IMG/VR virus record: IMGVR_UViG_2541047826_000010
Length of the DNA: 34,194 nucleotides
Reading direction: 5' to 3' (one strand)
Source: a virus
Taxonomy: Duplodnaviria; Heunggongvirae; Uroviricota; Caudoviricetes
Made by a program: the position numbers and the translations under genes. Position 1 is the first letter of the stretch. Each line of letters begins with the position of its first letter. The notes beneath the pieces are model-generated. The model did no database searches and was not told the origin of the DNA. It saw only the letters and a list, made by a program, of their open reading frames with translations. This document shows, piece by piece, positions 1-9,417 of this stretch.

Positions 1-1064
<1,064 letters not shown>

Positions 1065-1454
1065 TTACTCTTTTTTCTCCGTATCTGCATCGGGTTCATC
1101 AGCAAATAGCTTGCCCTGCATCCGATCCAGTTCTTCTTTTCTTACCCGCTTAACCACGCTGTAGACCCACTGAAGCGAAACACCAAATTTGCGGGCCAGT
1201 TCGTGGTGGTTGCGTCCGTTAAACTCCCTGAAGATTTCCCGGTCGCGCTGACTGACCTTCCATACCATGCCCATCGGGAAATAAACGTTTTGCCCGCCCC
1301 AGACCTGCATCATTCGGTTCGCGACGGCCTGACCAATCTGGTCGGCAACTTCGGGCTCAATATCAATAATCTCGCGAACGGTCTCAGAGGTATGCTGTGC
1401 CAGTTCCACCAGGAGTTCCGGCCCCTTACTTCGAAACTGATTCAGGTCGCTCAT
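1065..1454 (-). CDS. mor: Mor-family transcription activator (middle/late gene activator)
   Basis: 129 aa. C-terminal HTH ...FNGRNHHELARKFGVSLQWVYSVVKR is typical of the Mor/C family. SD GGGAG lies upstream of the ATG at 1454. It is the last gene of the early arm, after gemA, as in Mu. Confidence 0.85.
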   Translation of the reverse strand: MSDLNQFRSKGPELLVELAQHTSETVREIIDIEPEVADQIGQAVANRMMQVWGGQNVYFPMGMVWKVSQRDREIFREFNGRNHHELARKFGVSLQWVYSVVKRVRKEELDRMQGKLFADEPDADTEKKE

Positions 1455-1875
1455 GTTTGACTCCCGCAGCTCTGCGCTGCCACTTCTTCAGTTTCTCAAT
1501 AACACTGCTTGCCTGTTCAGTACTGAGCCAGCGCAGGGCGCTGATGCCCGTTTCCCGCTTGATCCACCTCGCTAATGCATTTTCTGAACGGTCACGAACA
1601 ATGCCGGCAGCAGCCATTTCAAGCCATAGCGCACGAATTTTCCTGGACTGCGGATGGTTATCCAGCGGTAAACCGGAGCTGGCTTTTCTGGCTGGTTTAA
1701 CGCGAAAGCCTTTCTTTTTCATGGATTCCAGCACGCAGTTTAGTTGTGTGGTATCCATTCCTTTGGTTGAGGCTTTACCGGTCAGCCCCTGTAACATCTG
1801 GCGGTAGGTGTCTTCATCCATACCCAGTTCATTACGGGCAATATGGATAAGCTGTATCAGGCGTTTTTTCTGCAT
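1426..1875 (-). CDS. gemA: GemA-like regulatory protein (Mu gp16 family)
   Basis: 149 aa. The N-terminus KKRLIQLIHIARNELGMDEDTYRQMLQGLTGKAS is typical of the GemA/DUF1018 family. SD AAGGAG. Sits next to mor. Confidence 0.8.
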   Translation of the reverse strand: MQKKRLIQLIHIARNELGMDEDTYRQMLQGLTGKASTKGMDTTQLNCVLESMKKKGFRVKPARKASSGLPLDNHPQSRKIRALWLEMAAAGIVRDRSENALARWIKRETGISALRWLSTEQASSVIEKLKKWQRRAAGVKHERPESVSK

Positions 1876-1876
1876 A

Positions 1877-2083
1877 TCATCTCCTTTTTTTCAGTCTGTC
1901 GGCAACAATGTCGGTTGCAGCTGGCAGGGTGACTGGCCAGAACAACATGACGGCGGTCATGTACAGGATGTAATGCGCGGTGTCGTAGTGCCTGCCATAG
2001 CCCAGGGAACGATGAAGTCTTGCGCTGCATGATCCTGCGTACATATACCAGAAAAGAAAACAGACAATGGTTTCAGTAGTCAT
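1877..2083 (-). CDS. small hydrophobic membrane protein (hypothetical)
   Basis: Internal ATG at 2083 of ORF 1877..2239, preceded by GGGGAGG. The 68-aa product has two hydrophobic segments (IVCFLFWYMYAG, ILYMTAVMLFWPVTL). Confidence 0.5.
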   Translation of the reverse strand: MTTETIVCFLFWYMYAGSCSARLHRSLGYGRHYDTAHYILYMTAVMLFWPVTLPAATDIVADRLKKRR

Positions 2084-2303
2084 TCTGAATACCTCCCCAT
2101 TCGATATGAATATTACGGGCAGCAATGACAGGGTCGTTATTCCACCATGCACCTGACATGTATTTTTCAACCTGTTCGCGTCCGGCAATAACACCAATTG
2201 TGATCCCCGGCCTGACGTTCTTAAAAAAGGCGCGGGCAAAAAGGTATCTGGCAGATATTCGGCAGGCTTTTAATTTCCGGCTGTTACCTGATAGCGTAAT
2301 CAT
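2073..2303 (-). CDS. hypothetical early protein
   Basis: 76 aa. Its start shares an ATGA overlap with the stop of the upstream DUF2786-like gene (2300-2303). I recognise no family. Confidence 0.5.
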   Translation of the reverse strand: MITLSGNSRKLKACRISARYLFARAFFKNVRPGITIGVIAGREQVEKYMSGAWWNNDPVIAARNIHIEWGGIQNDY

Positions 2304-2983
2304 CTGGCCTCCAGTTTCTGTTGTTCCTGCCCACTGACCGGGCGGTGCAGTCTGACGTTCTGCCCTTCACGAAACCCCGCATAGCGCGAGGCGTCGCCAT
2401 TGCGGCTTCTTCCCGGTTTACGCGCCCTGGTGGTTTGCGTTTGCGGGTATTTATGTTCCAGCCACTGTTGCATCAGTTCACGCTCATCATCGGTCAGGGC
2501 AAAGGACTGTATTTCACTGATAACGGCCAGTACCCAGCCTTCAGCAAACTGGTTTCCACGGCTGGTACGGGTGGCGTTTTTTATTCTTTTGTTCTGTGCG
2601 CTGATATACTGCTGACGCGCCTTTTTCAGTTGGCGGACCAGCACTTCCCAGGTGTATGCAGCCAGTGCCGCTCGTTCCCGGTTACCGTAGAACCCCACAG
2701 ACGGATGCGTGCCGGGGTGAATGATGGAGTTAACACCAAATGCCTCGCGGATGATGTTCATCAGGCCCAGCATGTAGCGCGGTGGACGGAGACTGCCTGT
2801 CGGCCAGTAATGACTGATGGTTTCATCAATATCACTCATAGCAATGTCGGAATGTGTGATGCCGTGAACATCCATCAGTTTACGGGCTCGGCGCAGTGCC
2901 AGAGCGGCCTCGTGCGGGTTGCCGGATGCGGCCAGCGCCAGCAACTTTTTCAGTTTCTCAATGTGTTTATTCTGGTCTGTCAT
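2300..2983 (-). CDS. DUF2786-like early protein
   Basis: The N-terminus IEKLKKLLALAASGNPHEAALALRRARKLM matches the DUF2786 signature common in phages and plasmids. I chose the start at 2983 because it forms an ATGA overlap with the stop of the upstream gene (2980-2983). Confidence 0.7.
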   Translation of the reverse strand: MTDQNKHIEKLKKLLALAASGNPHEAALALRRARKLMDVHGITHSDIAMSDIDETISHYWPTGSLRPPRYMLGLMNIIREAFGVNSIIHPGTHPSVGFYGNRERAALAAYTWEVLVRQLKKARQQYISAQNKRIKNATRTSRGNQFAEGWVLAVISEIQSFALTDDERELMQQWLEHKYPQTQTTRARKPGRSRNGDASRYAGFREGQNVRLHRPVSGQEQQKLEAR

Positions 2984-3195
2984 TGTTCTGTATCTCCGGT
3001 ATTTTTCTGCCGTTTCCATGCCCGGACAGCGTCGGACAGCTCTTTCAGGCTGTATGCTGCTTTAAGCTTTTCCCATAACCACTGTGTTGTTATGTGCATC
3101 AGCAGGGCAGCCAGGGCTGCCCCCGCACTGAGGCATGTCGCCAGGCCAGTAAGAATCAGTGTCCATGCGGTGATTTCCCTGAGTATGTCAGCCAT
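2980..3195 (-). CDS. small membrane protein (hypothetical)
   Basis: 71 aa with one hydrophobic helix (WTLILTGLATCLSAGAALAALLM). SD GGGAGG lies upstream. Confidence 0.55.
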   Translation of the reverse strand: MADILREITAWTLILTGLATCLSAGAALAALLMHITTQWLWEKLKAAYSLKELSDAVRAWKRQKNTGDTEQ

Positions 3196-3209
3196 TGAAT
3201 GCCTCCCGG

Positions 3210-3506
3210 TTACTCGTTCGTGTAAATCACGCCCAGTCGTGCAGCCAGACGTTCCAGTTTTTTCTGTTTGTGGAAGTCAATCAGCCGGTCCATCCCCTGA
3301 AGGCGCAATTGCTCTGTCATGATTTCCACGTCTGCCAGCTCTGCCGCGAGGTCACTTTCGCTGCCCTGTCCGTTCAGATTGCGGGCAGCACTGGCCGCCA
3401 GTTCAGCGGCCTCTTCTGTCAGTTTCAGGGCCTGTGCGTCCGGCCCGAAACGCTGCAGGGCCAGACGGTAGAGGGCGGTGCGGGTGAGTATGGTGTTCCG
3501 TGTCAT
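3210..3506 (-). CDS. MazG-like all-alpha NTP pyrophosphohydrolase (tentative)
   Basis: 98 aa. The EEAAEL ... ELADVEIM spacing resembles the paired acidic metal-binding motifs of the MazG family. SD GAGGG. Confidence 0.5.
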   Translation of the reverse strand: MTRNTILTRTALYRLALQRFGPDAQALKLTEEAAELAASAARNLNGQGSESDLAAELADVEIMTEQLRLQGMDRLIDFHKQKKLERLAARLGVIYTNE

Positions 3507-3515
3507 GCCGCGCCC

Positions 3516-3788
3516 TCAGTGCTTCCGGCTGACGGTGATGTGCAGGCCGCCTTCTGCAGTGGTTTCCATCCGGTACGGCACCTCATGCTCTGCCGTGTGG
3601 GTGAGTGTGTTCACCAGTACCTGCAGGGCAGCCGCCTTTCCGTTGGTCGCCACAATGGCCTGAGCGGCCATACTGATTAGTGCCGTCAGGACGTGCTTCA
3701 CATCGGTGAGGTTGCGGCATTCACACTCGTTGACATAGTGTTCAACAAGGGTTCGGGTGCGCTGTCGTGCTTCCTGTGGGGTAATCAT
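3516..3788 (-). CDS. hypothetical early protein
   Basis: 90 aa. ATGA overlap with the upstream Zn-ribbon gene (3785-3788). Confidence 0.55.
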   Translation of the reverse strand: MITPQEARQRTRTLVEHYVNECECRNLTDVKHVLTALISMAAQAIVATNGKAAALQVLVNTLTHTAEHEVPYRMETTAEGGLHITVSRKH

Positions 3789-3979
3789 TGCGCGTCCTCC
3801 CTGTCAGGGCGGGAGAATTCCATGACGGGCACGTCCGCCGAAAAATGCTGGCTGCAGTACGGGCAGACCAGGGTGACGCGTACCGCAGGGATGTGGTATT
3901 TACCGGACATCACGGCGATGGCGCTGTGAAAACGCAGGGCTGTTATATCCCTCTCGCACTGAATACATTTAAATATCAT
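3785..3979 (-). CDS. small zinc-ribbon protein (hypothetical)
   Basis: 64 aa with CxxC ... CxxC (CIQC ... CPYC). SD GAGGAG lies upstream. Confidence 0.6.
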   Translation of the reverse strand: MIFKCIQCERDITALRFHSAIAVMSGKYHIPAVRVTLVCPYCSQHFSADVPVMEFSRPDREDAQ

Positions 3980-4076
3980 AATTTAATTCTCCTCTGTTTC
4001 CGGCGTGCAGAAGCCCACGGCGCTGACGCTGGAATAAAAAAGAAAATGTTTTTATTAAATAATTAACGTGGTGTGT

Positions 4077-4607
4077 TTACTGCACATCCTGCTCAAAAGG
4101 AATTATTGAAAAATCCTCAATGTCGCTTTTAATGGAAATACCGGGAATATTTTTCACGGCCTCTTTTTCATTCAGGATAGCGTCTTTATTTATTTCCTCT
4201 TTTACACGAATAAAGCGCTCAAGCCCCAGACGTCTCAGTAATTCAATAACATTATCCGCCCCACGGATACTGACTGATGGCGGACGGTTTCGCCACTGCA
4301 CCTCGCCGGTGGTGAGGTTAGCGAACTTCACCTTCCCGTTGCCGGTCAGTTCATCACGGTGTGCCTCACACCATGTCTGAATACCGGACTGCAGTTCGGC
4401 CATGCGTTTTTTCAGGCTCTCGGTGAGCGGGGCATAACGTGCGGTGATATCGCCAATGGCGTCATTCATTTCTGTTTCAGCCCTGACCAGTTCACGTTGT
4501 GCGTCACCGAGCAGTCTGATGCCCTCAATGACCTCTTCGCGTGTCCCCGGTACCCAGAGTGCCGCTGCGGACTTGATACGTTTTGCCCCTTTTGTACTTT
4601 TTGCCAT
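4077..4607 (-). CDS. gam: Gam-like host-nuclease inhibitor (Mu Gam family)
   Basis: 176 aa. The coiled-coil N-terminal half and the pattern ...VKFANLTTGEVQWRNRPPSVSIRG...IELLRRLGLERFIRVKEEINKDAIL are typical of Mu Gam. It lies downstream of the A/B genes. Confidence 0.85.
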   Translation of the reverse strand: MAKSTKGAKRIKSAAALWVPGTREEVIEGIRLLGDAQRELVRAETEMNDAIGDITARYAPLTESLKKRMAELQSGIQTWCEAHRDELTGNGKVKFANLTTGEVQWRNRPPSVSIRGADNVIELLRRLGLERFIRVKEEINKDAILNEKEAVKNIPGISIKSDIEDFSIIPFEQDVQ

Positions 4608-4634
4608 ATTTTATGATTTCTCCGGTTGTGCTGA

Positions 4635-4904
4635 TTACCACAAAGATTCCGGCCACACGACGCGACAGCCGTGCAGTTCGAAAACGCCCTGACGGAAATG
4701 ACCCCTGTGGTCATGACCGGTATACAGATAACTGGCTTTCCCCTGTTCAAGCATGTGTATGCAATGCGCACTCCGGGAAACTCGGATGACAGGTTTATGG
4801 CCCCTGATGGTGATGCTCTGTATATCCGTATTCGTCGCCTTAAGTGCCATAATGGCTGACTGCACTTTGTTAATCTGCTGGCTGATAACTGTGGTGGATT
4901 TCAT
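4635..4904 (-). CDS. hypothetical early protein
   Basis: 89 aa. SD AAGGGG. Lies immediately after the B-like gene. I recognise no family. Confidence 0.55.
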   Translation of the reverse strand: MKSTTVISQQINKVQSAIMALKATNTDIQSITIRGHKPVIRVSRSAHCIHMLEQGKASYLYTGHDHRGHFRQGVFELHGCRVVWPESLW

Positions 4905-4906
4905 TA

Positions 4907-6073
4907 TTAAACCCCTTTGACAACGTCAGCATTGACCTGTGGAACCCCGATTTCAGCGGCCAGATTCATGGCGGCTATCACCAGGTTACTGACGGCCAGC
5001 GGATACAGCAGGCTGACCATATTTTTACGATGACTTCCCGGATTGCTCAGGCGGGCACGTATGGCATCCACTGCGCTGGCGTCCATAATGTCCGTCAGTT
5101 GTTTACCGGCCCGTTGCAGTTTGAACGTCAGAAATTCTTCAAGGTTATTGTCCAGAGGCAGAAGTTCGACCACCTCACAGCGCTGAACGACTTCACGGAC
5201 TTCCATATTGCGTTCAGACAGTTTTGTCGCCAGTTCCGGCTGGCCAATCAGCACGATGGACAGCAGTTTTTTGAAACCGGACTCCAGCTCAAAAAAGCGT
5301 TTGAGGTGTTTCAGTGTCGGAATGGGCAGACTGTGGGCCTCCTCAATCACCAGAACGTGGCTGAACCCCGCCTGGCTGCTGTCTTTCAGGACGCGATGCA
5401 ACTGGCGAAAGCGGGCGTCCTGACTGCGTCTGATGCTTTCCAGTGGTGCGATGGTACTGATAATGGCTTCGGCAATCGCTGCTGCCTTCAGGGTTTTCCC
5501 TTTCACATCGTTGTCTTCCATAGCGATGATGTATGGCTCGATAACAATTACCGGCGCATTCTCGCGGTTGATACGTTCAGTCAGGTCGCGGCGCAGCGTG
5601 GATTTACCCGCACCGGACTCACCGATGACGGCCATAAACCCACCATGACGGGCTGTCTGGTACAACGCCTCACGCACGTAGCGAATGTCCGGGGTGGTGA
5701 ACACATCATCAGAACCCTGCATGGCTTCGTCGGCGAACGGGTCACGGAAAAGACCAAACGCTTTTTTGGTTGCTGGAAATAACACCTGTTTTTTGAGTAA
5801 CATATTCTCTTCCTCACTGAGGCTCGTTTTATCTGTGGTACCCGCTGTACGGGGCGTGGCCGCGCCCTGTACAGCATCAAAACTCTTCGTTGTATCAATC
5901 CCCTGACTTTCCAGCCAGGACGCAAGACGCCGGCGCACTTCTCCGGGGCTGGTGCGGGGCCACGCGTTATGATTCACAATCTGGGCCAGCGTGGCCTCAG
6001 AAACATCGACAGCTCTCGCCACCACCGCCTGTGGAATACGGGCCTCTTTCAGTTGCTGCTTCAGTACCAGCAT
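4907..6073 (-). CDS. MuB-like AAA+ ATPase, transposition target-DNA activator
   Basis: Walker A GESGAGKST, Walker B VLVIEEAH, and an N-terminal HTH-like segment. I chose the ATG at 6073 because it is preceded by GAGGAGGG. Lies directly downstream of the transposase. Confidence 0.85.
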   Translation of the reverse strand: MLVLKQQLKEARIPQAVVARAVDVSEATLAQIVNHNAWPRTSPGEVRRRLASWLESQGIDTTKSFDAVQGAATPRTAGTTDKTSLSEEENMLLKKQVLFPATKKAFGLFRDPFADEAMQGSDDVFTTPDIRYVREALYQTARHGGFMAVIGESGAGKSTLRRDLTERINRENAPVIVIEPYIIAMEDNDVKGKTLKAAAIAEAIISTIAPLESIRRSQDARFRQLHRVLKDSSQAGFSHVLVIEEAHSLPIPTLKHLKRFFELESGFKKLLSIVLIGQPELATKLSERNMEVREVVQRCEVVELLPLDNNLEEFLTFKLQRAGKQLTDIMDASAVDAIRARLSNPGSHRKNMVSLLYPLAVSNLVIAAMNLAAEIGVPQVNADVVKGV

Positions 6074-6083
6074 GTTTCCCTCC

Positions 6084-7853
6084 TCAGTTGCCGTTAACAA
6101 TGCTGATAACACTGCTGCTGGCCGGTGTGGTCAGCGTGGCCATGACTTCATCCAGTGCGGCTTCCGGTACGCCGTCCGGGTACTGTGCCGTTAACTGGCG
6201 GTAATGTTCCGGCGTCCAGGTAAGGCCGTCGGCGCTGAACTTATCGCGCAGGGCTTTCGCGGCCTCCACATGAGTCATGGGACGTTGTTCAGTGCGCGGC
6301 CCGCGTACGTCAGAGGCCTGACCACGCTTCGGCATATAGGCCGGAAGTGTGGTGTCGTCGATATGTTTATACGGGTCAAGCCGCCCGCCGAACGGCAGCG
6401 CCTTCGCCTTGCGTGCGGCGGCTGCATCTGCGGCGTTGTCTGTACCGGTAACCAGCGCTTCGGTTTCTTTTGCCGCCATCTGTGCCGGGGTTTCCGGCAG
6501 GGCTTTGTAACTTTCGCCAAATACCGCCGCGCCTTCAGCAAAGCCAAACTCGTTCTTTCTGACCTCTTCGACCAGGAAGAACGTCTCGTGGCCGTCCTCA
6601 CCGGTCAGAACCACCTGTGCCACATCGCTGCGCCATGGGTTACGGGTAATCATCAGTTTTTCACCAACCAGTACGCCCGGTACCGTTGATACGTCAAATT
6701 CAGTGCCCCGGAACGAGACACGAAGTTTTGGCGTGACTTTGCGGAGTTCTGGTGCCGCCACAGCCAGTTCATGACATACCTCAACGGAAGGCGCTTTTTT
6801 CAGCTGCTCAGCAGTAATCTTCAGCCAGATATCCGTGCGGGTTTTACCGTGGCGGCTGTGAACAGCCGTGGCGTTAAAGTGGCTGCGCCATTTCGCGGCC
6901 AGCGCGTTGAGTTCTTCCAGACTGTGAACCGGCCGGAACTTCAGACCCGGCTCCAGCTTGCGTTCGATAATGTCTCGCGCCTTTTCCACCTGTCCGGTGG
7001 CGCGGGCGTTATGCGGCTTGTGCGCTATCAGGTCGATGCCCAGTGAGCGGCACATGTTTTTCGTCATACCCGCGGTGTTTGCCGAGCCGGGGTCGAGATA
7101 GAGTATTTTTGGCACGCCGTGCAGCACGTCTGCGCCGCCACGCTCCTGCATGGCGTTGATAAGCACAGAACACAGGTTCTCACCTGATTCCGCGCCCGTC
7201 ACATACTCAACGTAAATCCAGCCGCTGGCATGGTCGGTAATCTCGTAACTCCACACGCGGTCACTGGCGATACGGGCAAGGTTAGCGGGCTTGTTCTTGT
7301 AGAACTTCGCGCTGTCCATCACCTGCAGCCCTTTATGTCCATTGCTCAGGTAGTAAAGCGTGCAGAGTGAGGCGTCAATCTGCCAGACATGATTGGGGTG
7401 CAGACTGGCCACTTCGGTATGCGGTGCAGGAGCATCCAGTTGTTCCGGGTGCAGGCCATAGTTACGCAGAGCACGGCTGATGGCATCTTCAGACAACGGG
7501 AAAAACTCACCGGTGGTTTCATCTGTTCTGCCTGCGGTGATAAAGCCGTTAGCCCGCAGGGTTTCCACTGCATCTGCGATGGAATAGAGGCGCTTACCGT
7601 TCTTGCGGGTGGCCTCACGCAGTGTGGCAGATATCAGCGCGGCTTCGTCGCGGGTCAGGGCGCTGCGTCCGGCATCAGCGCGTTTTTTGCGTTTATCAGT
7701 CACAGAGACCTCCTTCAGCCTGCGCAGCAGAGTGGCGCGGGACATGCCAAGTTCAGCACAGGCAGCGTCGTATATTGCACCGCGTTTACCATGCCCCGCG
7801 TCACGTGCCGCGCGGGCGACATAAACCAGTCGTTCAGTCAGGGCAGCATTCAT
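6084..7853 (-). CDS. DDE (rve-type) transposase, MuA functional analogue
   Basis: 589 aa. N-terminal HTH. Catalytic-core signatures HVWQIDASL, YLDPGSANT and, 36 residues later, GQVEKA give the D, D, x35-36, E pattern. SD GGAGG. Confidence 0.9.
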   Translation of the reverse strand: MNAALTERLVYVARAARDAGHGKRGAIYDAACAELGMSRATLLRRLKEVSVTDKRKKRADAGRSALTRDEAALISATLREATRKNGKRLYSIADAVETLRANGFITAGRTDETTGEFFPLSEDAISRALRNYGLHPEQLDAPAPHTEVASLHPNHVWQIDASLCTLYYLSNGHKGLQVMDSAKFYKNKPANLARIASDRVWSYEITDHASGWIYVEYVTGAESGENLCSVLINAMQERGGADVLHGVPKILYLDPGSANTAGMTKNMCRSLGIDLIAHKPHNARATGQVEKARDIIERKLEPGLKFRPVHSLEELNALAAKWRSHFNATAVHSRHGKTRTDIWLKITAEQLKKAPSVEVCHELAVAAPELRKVTPKLRVSFRGTEFDVSTVPGVLVGEKLMITRNPWRSDVAQVVLTGEDGHETFFLVEEVRKNEFGFAEGAAVFGESYKALPETPAQMAAKETEALVTGTDNAADAAAARKAKALPFGGRLDPYKHIDDTTLPAYMPKRGQASDVRGPRTEQRPMTHVEAAKALRDKFSADGLTWTPEHYRQLTAQYPDGVPEAALDEVMATLTTPASSSVISIVNGN

Positions 7854-7856
7854 TGG

Positions 7857-8771
7857 TTATGCCTCCAGCCCGTTAATCTGTGGCGTCGGCTCAGTCAGCC
7901 ATGAAGGCGCGGCATTGCCTGTTGGCTCATCCGGCAGGTCAAATGTGGAGCGCAGGCTACGCGCTGTGCTTTCCAGTTGACAGACCAGGCCTGCCATGAA
8001 GTCTCTGGGGGTATCAATCATGTTTTCAGCACAATATGCGCACAGCGTCTCAAAAGCGCTGGACAGTCGAACGGCGATAGCAGATTCCGCCTCAACCGCT
8101 AATGCTGTCACTTCCGCCCGCAGCTTCTTAACCTCTTCATCAGGCTCAGGCGGCTGAATACGGGATTTCTTCTCCAGTCTGGTGGAGAGTGAGTCTATTT
8201 TTTCATTTTTGTCAGCGAGTACGCGCTGTTGTGCTGCGTTGGTTTCGCGCGCTTCGCGCAGGGCCTGACGCAATTCACGTACTGACATGCGATCAACGTC
8301 GTCAAGCGTCAGGCCGGCAACTGTGCCGCCGTCGGCCAATTCATCAAGTTCTTCATTATCCAGAACCATCAGGTCGTACAGTTTGGCTTTCCCCAAAACG
8401 CTCAACGTTGAGCGTTTTGTTGGCTCATCACCTTCTCCCAAAAACTTCATACTGGCTTGCATCATGCGGCGAGCAACTTGTGGTGCAAGTCCGAGTTCAT
8501 TTTCTAAAATGTTTGTAAAATCACCGTGTGGCTCATTTTCTTTTAAGATGATCAGCCGCTTACCCGCTTCCAGCATAGATTCAGCACTCTGCGCCATATA
8601 AAAACGTGCTTCGTGAACAATGCGATCACGTTCATAAGGCAGTCCATCACCAAACTGCTGCATAATTTCCATGCGATGCTGTGTCATAGCGTTCAAATTG
8701 ACATTGATGTTATCTGACAGCGGAACCTCAACATTCAGTTCAGTGTTAACGGGTGATTTGGTGCGTCCCAT
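7857..8771 (-). CDS. DUF3102-like early protein (coiled-coil)
   Basis: 304 aa. The N-terminal region resembles the DUF3102 proteins found just upstream of transposases in Mu-like phages. The central part is a long coiled coil. SD AAGGAG. Confidence 0.65.
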   Translation of the reverse strand: MGRTKSPVNTELNVEVPLSDNINVNLNAMTQHRMEIMQQFGDGLPYERDRIVHEARFYMAQSAESMLEAGKRLIILKENEPHGDFTNILENELGLAPQVARRMMQASMKFLGEGDEPTKRSTLSVLGKAKLYDLMVLDNEELDELADGGTVAGLTLDDVDRMSVRELRQALREARETNAAQQRVLADKNEKIDSLSTRLEKKSRIQPPEPDEEVKKLRAEVTALAVEAESAIAVRLSSAFETLCAYCAENMIDTPRDFMAGLVCQLESTARSLRSTFDLPDEPTGNAAPSWLTEPTPQINGLEA

Positions 8772-8781
8772 TGATTACTCC

Positions 8782-9090
8782 TTACAAACGACTACCTGAA
8801 ATAACTCGTTGGTTGATTTCGTTAATACGATCCTGTGCACGCGCCATCTCGTGACTGTGAGCCATGGCGATCTGTAGTAACTGGATTCCCGGTGCGAAAC
8901 GTCCGTTCTCTAATTTCATGGCCAGTCCCTCTTCAATAAGGGTATTAAGTGCTCGATTGATATTCGCCGGGGACTCCCCCAGGGCTGATGCCAGTTCACC
9001 GTTAGAAACACCGTTCAGAGCATGACCGCGTAGAGCTTTGAGTACACGTAGGATGCGGGTCCCAGAACTGGAAATATTTACTTTACTCAT
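8782..9090 (-). CDS. stand-alone IclR-type winged-HTH protein
   Basis: Internal ATG at 9090 of ORF 8782..9153. The product begins MSKVNISSSGTRILRVLKALRGHALNGVSNGELASALGESPANINRALNTL, which is IclR N-terminal HTH-like. There is no effector domain (102 aa in total). Confidence 0.6.
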   Translation of the reverse strand: MSKVNISSSGTRILRVLKALRGHALNGVSNGELASALGESPANINRALNTLIEEGLAMKLENGRFAPGIQLLQIAMAHSHEMARAQDRINEINQRVISGSRL

Positions 9091-9105
9091 GTCACATTTC
9101 CATTT

Positions 9106-9139
9106 TTGCAATATGTGATAACCTGTTGCATATGTGGAA
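9106..9139. repeat. two direct copies of TTGCA(A)TATGTG (minus-strand CACATAT core), candidate secondary operator
   Basis: TTGCAATATGTG lies at 9106-9117 and TTGCATATGTG at 9126-9136. The 10-mer ATATGTGATA (9111-9120) recurs exactly at 9368-9377 in the promoter region. Confidence 0.4.
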
Positions 9140-9142
9140 AAT

Positions 9143-9331
9143 TTATGCCGCATTTGACGTGGGTTTTAATCCCAGTTTTACGGCAATTTCATGGGCTTTG
9201 CCGTAACGAGCTTTGGTCTGTCCATTGAGAACACGATAGACCTCATTGCGGCTGTAGCCGTGTTCTTCGGCCCAGCGGGTAAACGTGATACCACGCTGAC
9301 GGAAGAGATTTTTAACTTGTTCGGAAGTCAT
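9143..9331 (-). CDS. Ner/Cro-like small HTH regulator, first gene of the early operon
   Basis: 62 aa. HTH FTRWAEEHGYSRNEVYRVLNG. SD AAGGAG. Divergent from the repressor gene. Confidence 0.65.
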   Translation of the reverse strand: MTSEQVKNLFRQRGITFTRWAEEHGYSRNEVYRVLNGQTKARYGKAHEIAVKLGLKPTSNAA

Positions 9332-9367
9332 TGTTGTCTCCTTTGTTGATGCAATGATGTTTGTTTT

Positions 9368-9377
9368 ATATGTGATA
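9368..9377. repeat. third copy of ATATGTGATA, overlapping the predicted early-transcript start
   Basis: Exact 10-mer repeat of 9111-9120, just downstream of the predicted -10 element of the early promoter. Confidence 0.4.
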
Positions 9378-9378
9378 G

Positions 9379-9407
9379 ATTATGAGAACTATTGTTCTCA
9401 TTGTCAA
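9379..9407 (-). promoter_or_regulatory. early promoter (Pe analogue): TTGACA-17 nt-CATAAT on the minus strand
   Basis: The minus strand reads TTGACA (plus-strand coordinates 9402-9407), a 17-nt spacer, then CATAAT (9379-9384). It lies about 45 nt upstream of the Ner-like ATG at 9331. Confidence 0.6.
9382..9401. promoter_or_regulatory. perfect palindromic operator candidate ATGAGAAC-TATT-GTTCTCAT
   Basis: 8-bp arms with a 4-bp spacer, read directly from the sequence. It fills the spacer and part of the -10 of the predicted early promoter. Confidence 0.55.
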
Positions 9408-9417
9408 TGAGGTTTAT

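Noticed and set aside
4032-4058. AT-only inverted repeat AATAAAAA-N8-TTTTTATT in the gap between gam and the Zn-ribbon gene.
   Set aside because: It forms A:T pairs only, which is too weak for a terminator. It may be a bend or IHF-type site, but I cannot support that from sequence alone.
9382-9417. The ATG at 9382, given by the ORF track as the repressor start.
   Set aside because: It lies inside the 20-bp operator palindrome and inside the early-promoter spacer, and it has no SD. The GTG at 9418 with GAGG 5 nt upstream gives a normal XRE N-terminus. I keep it as an alternative only.
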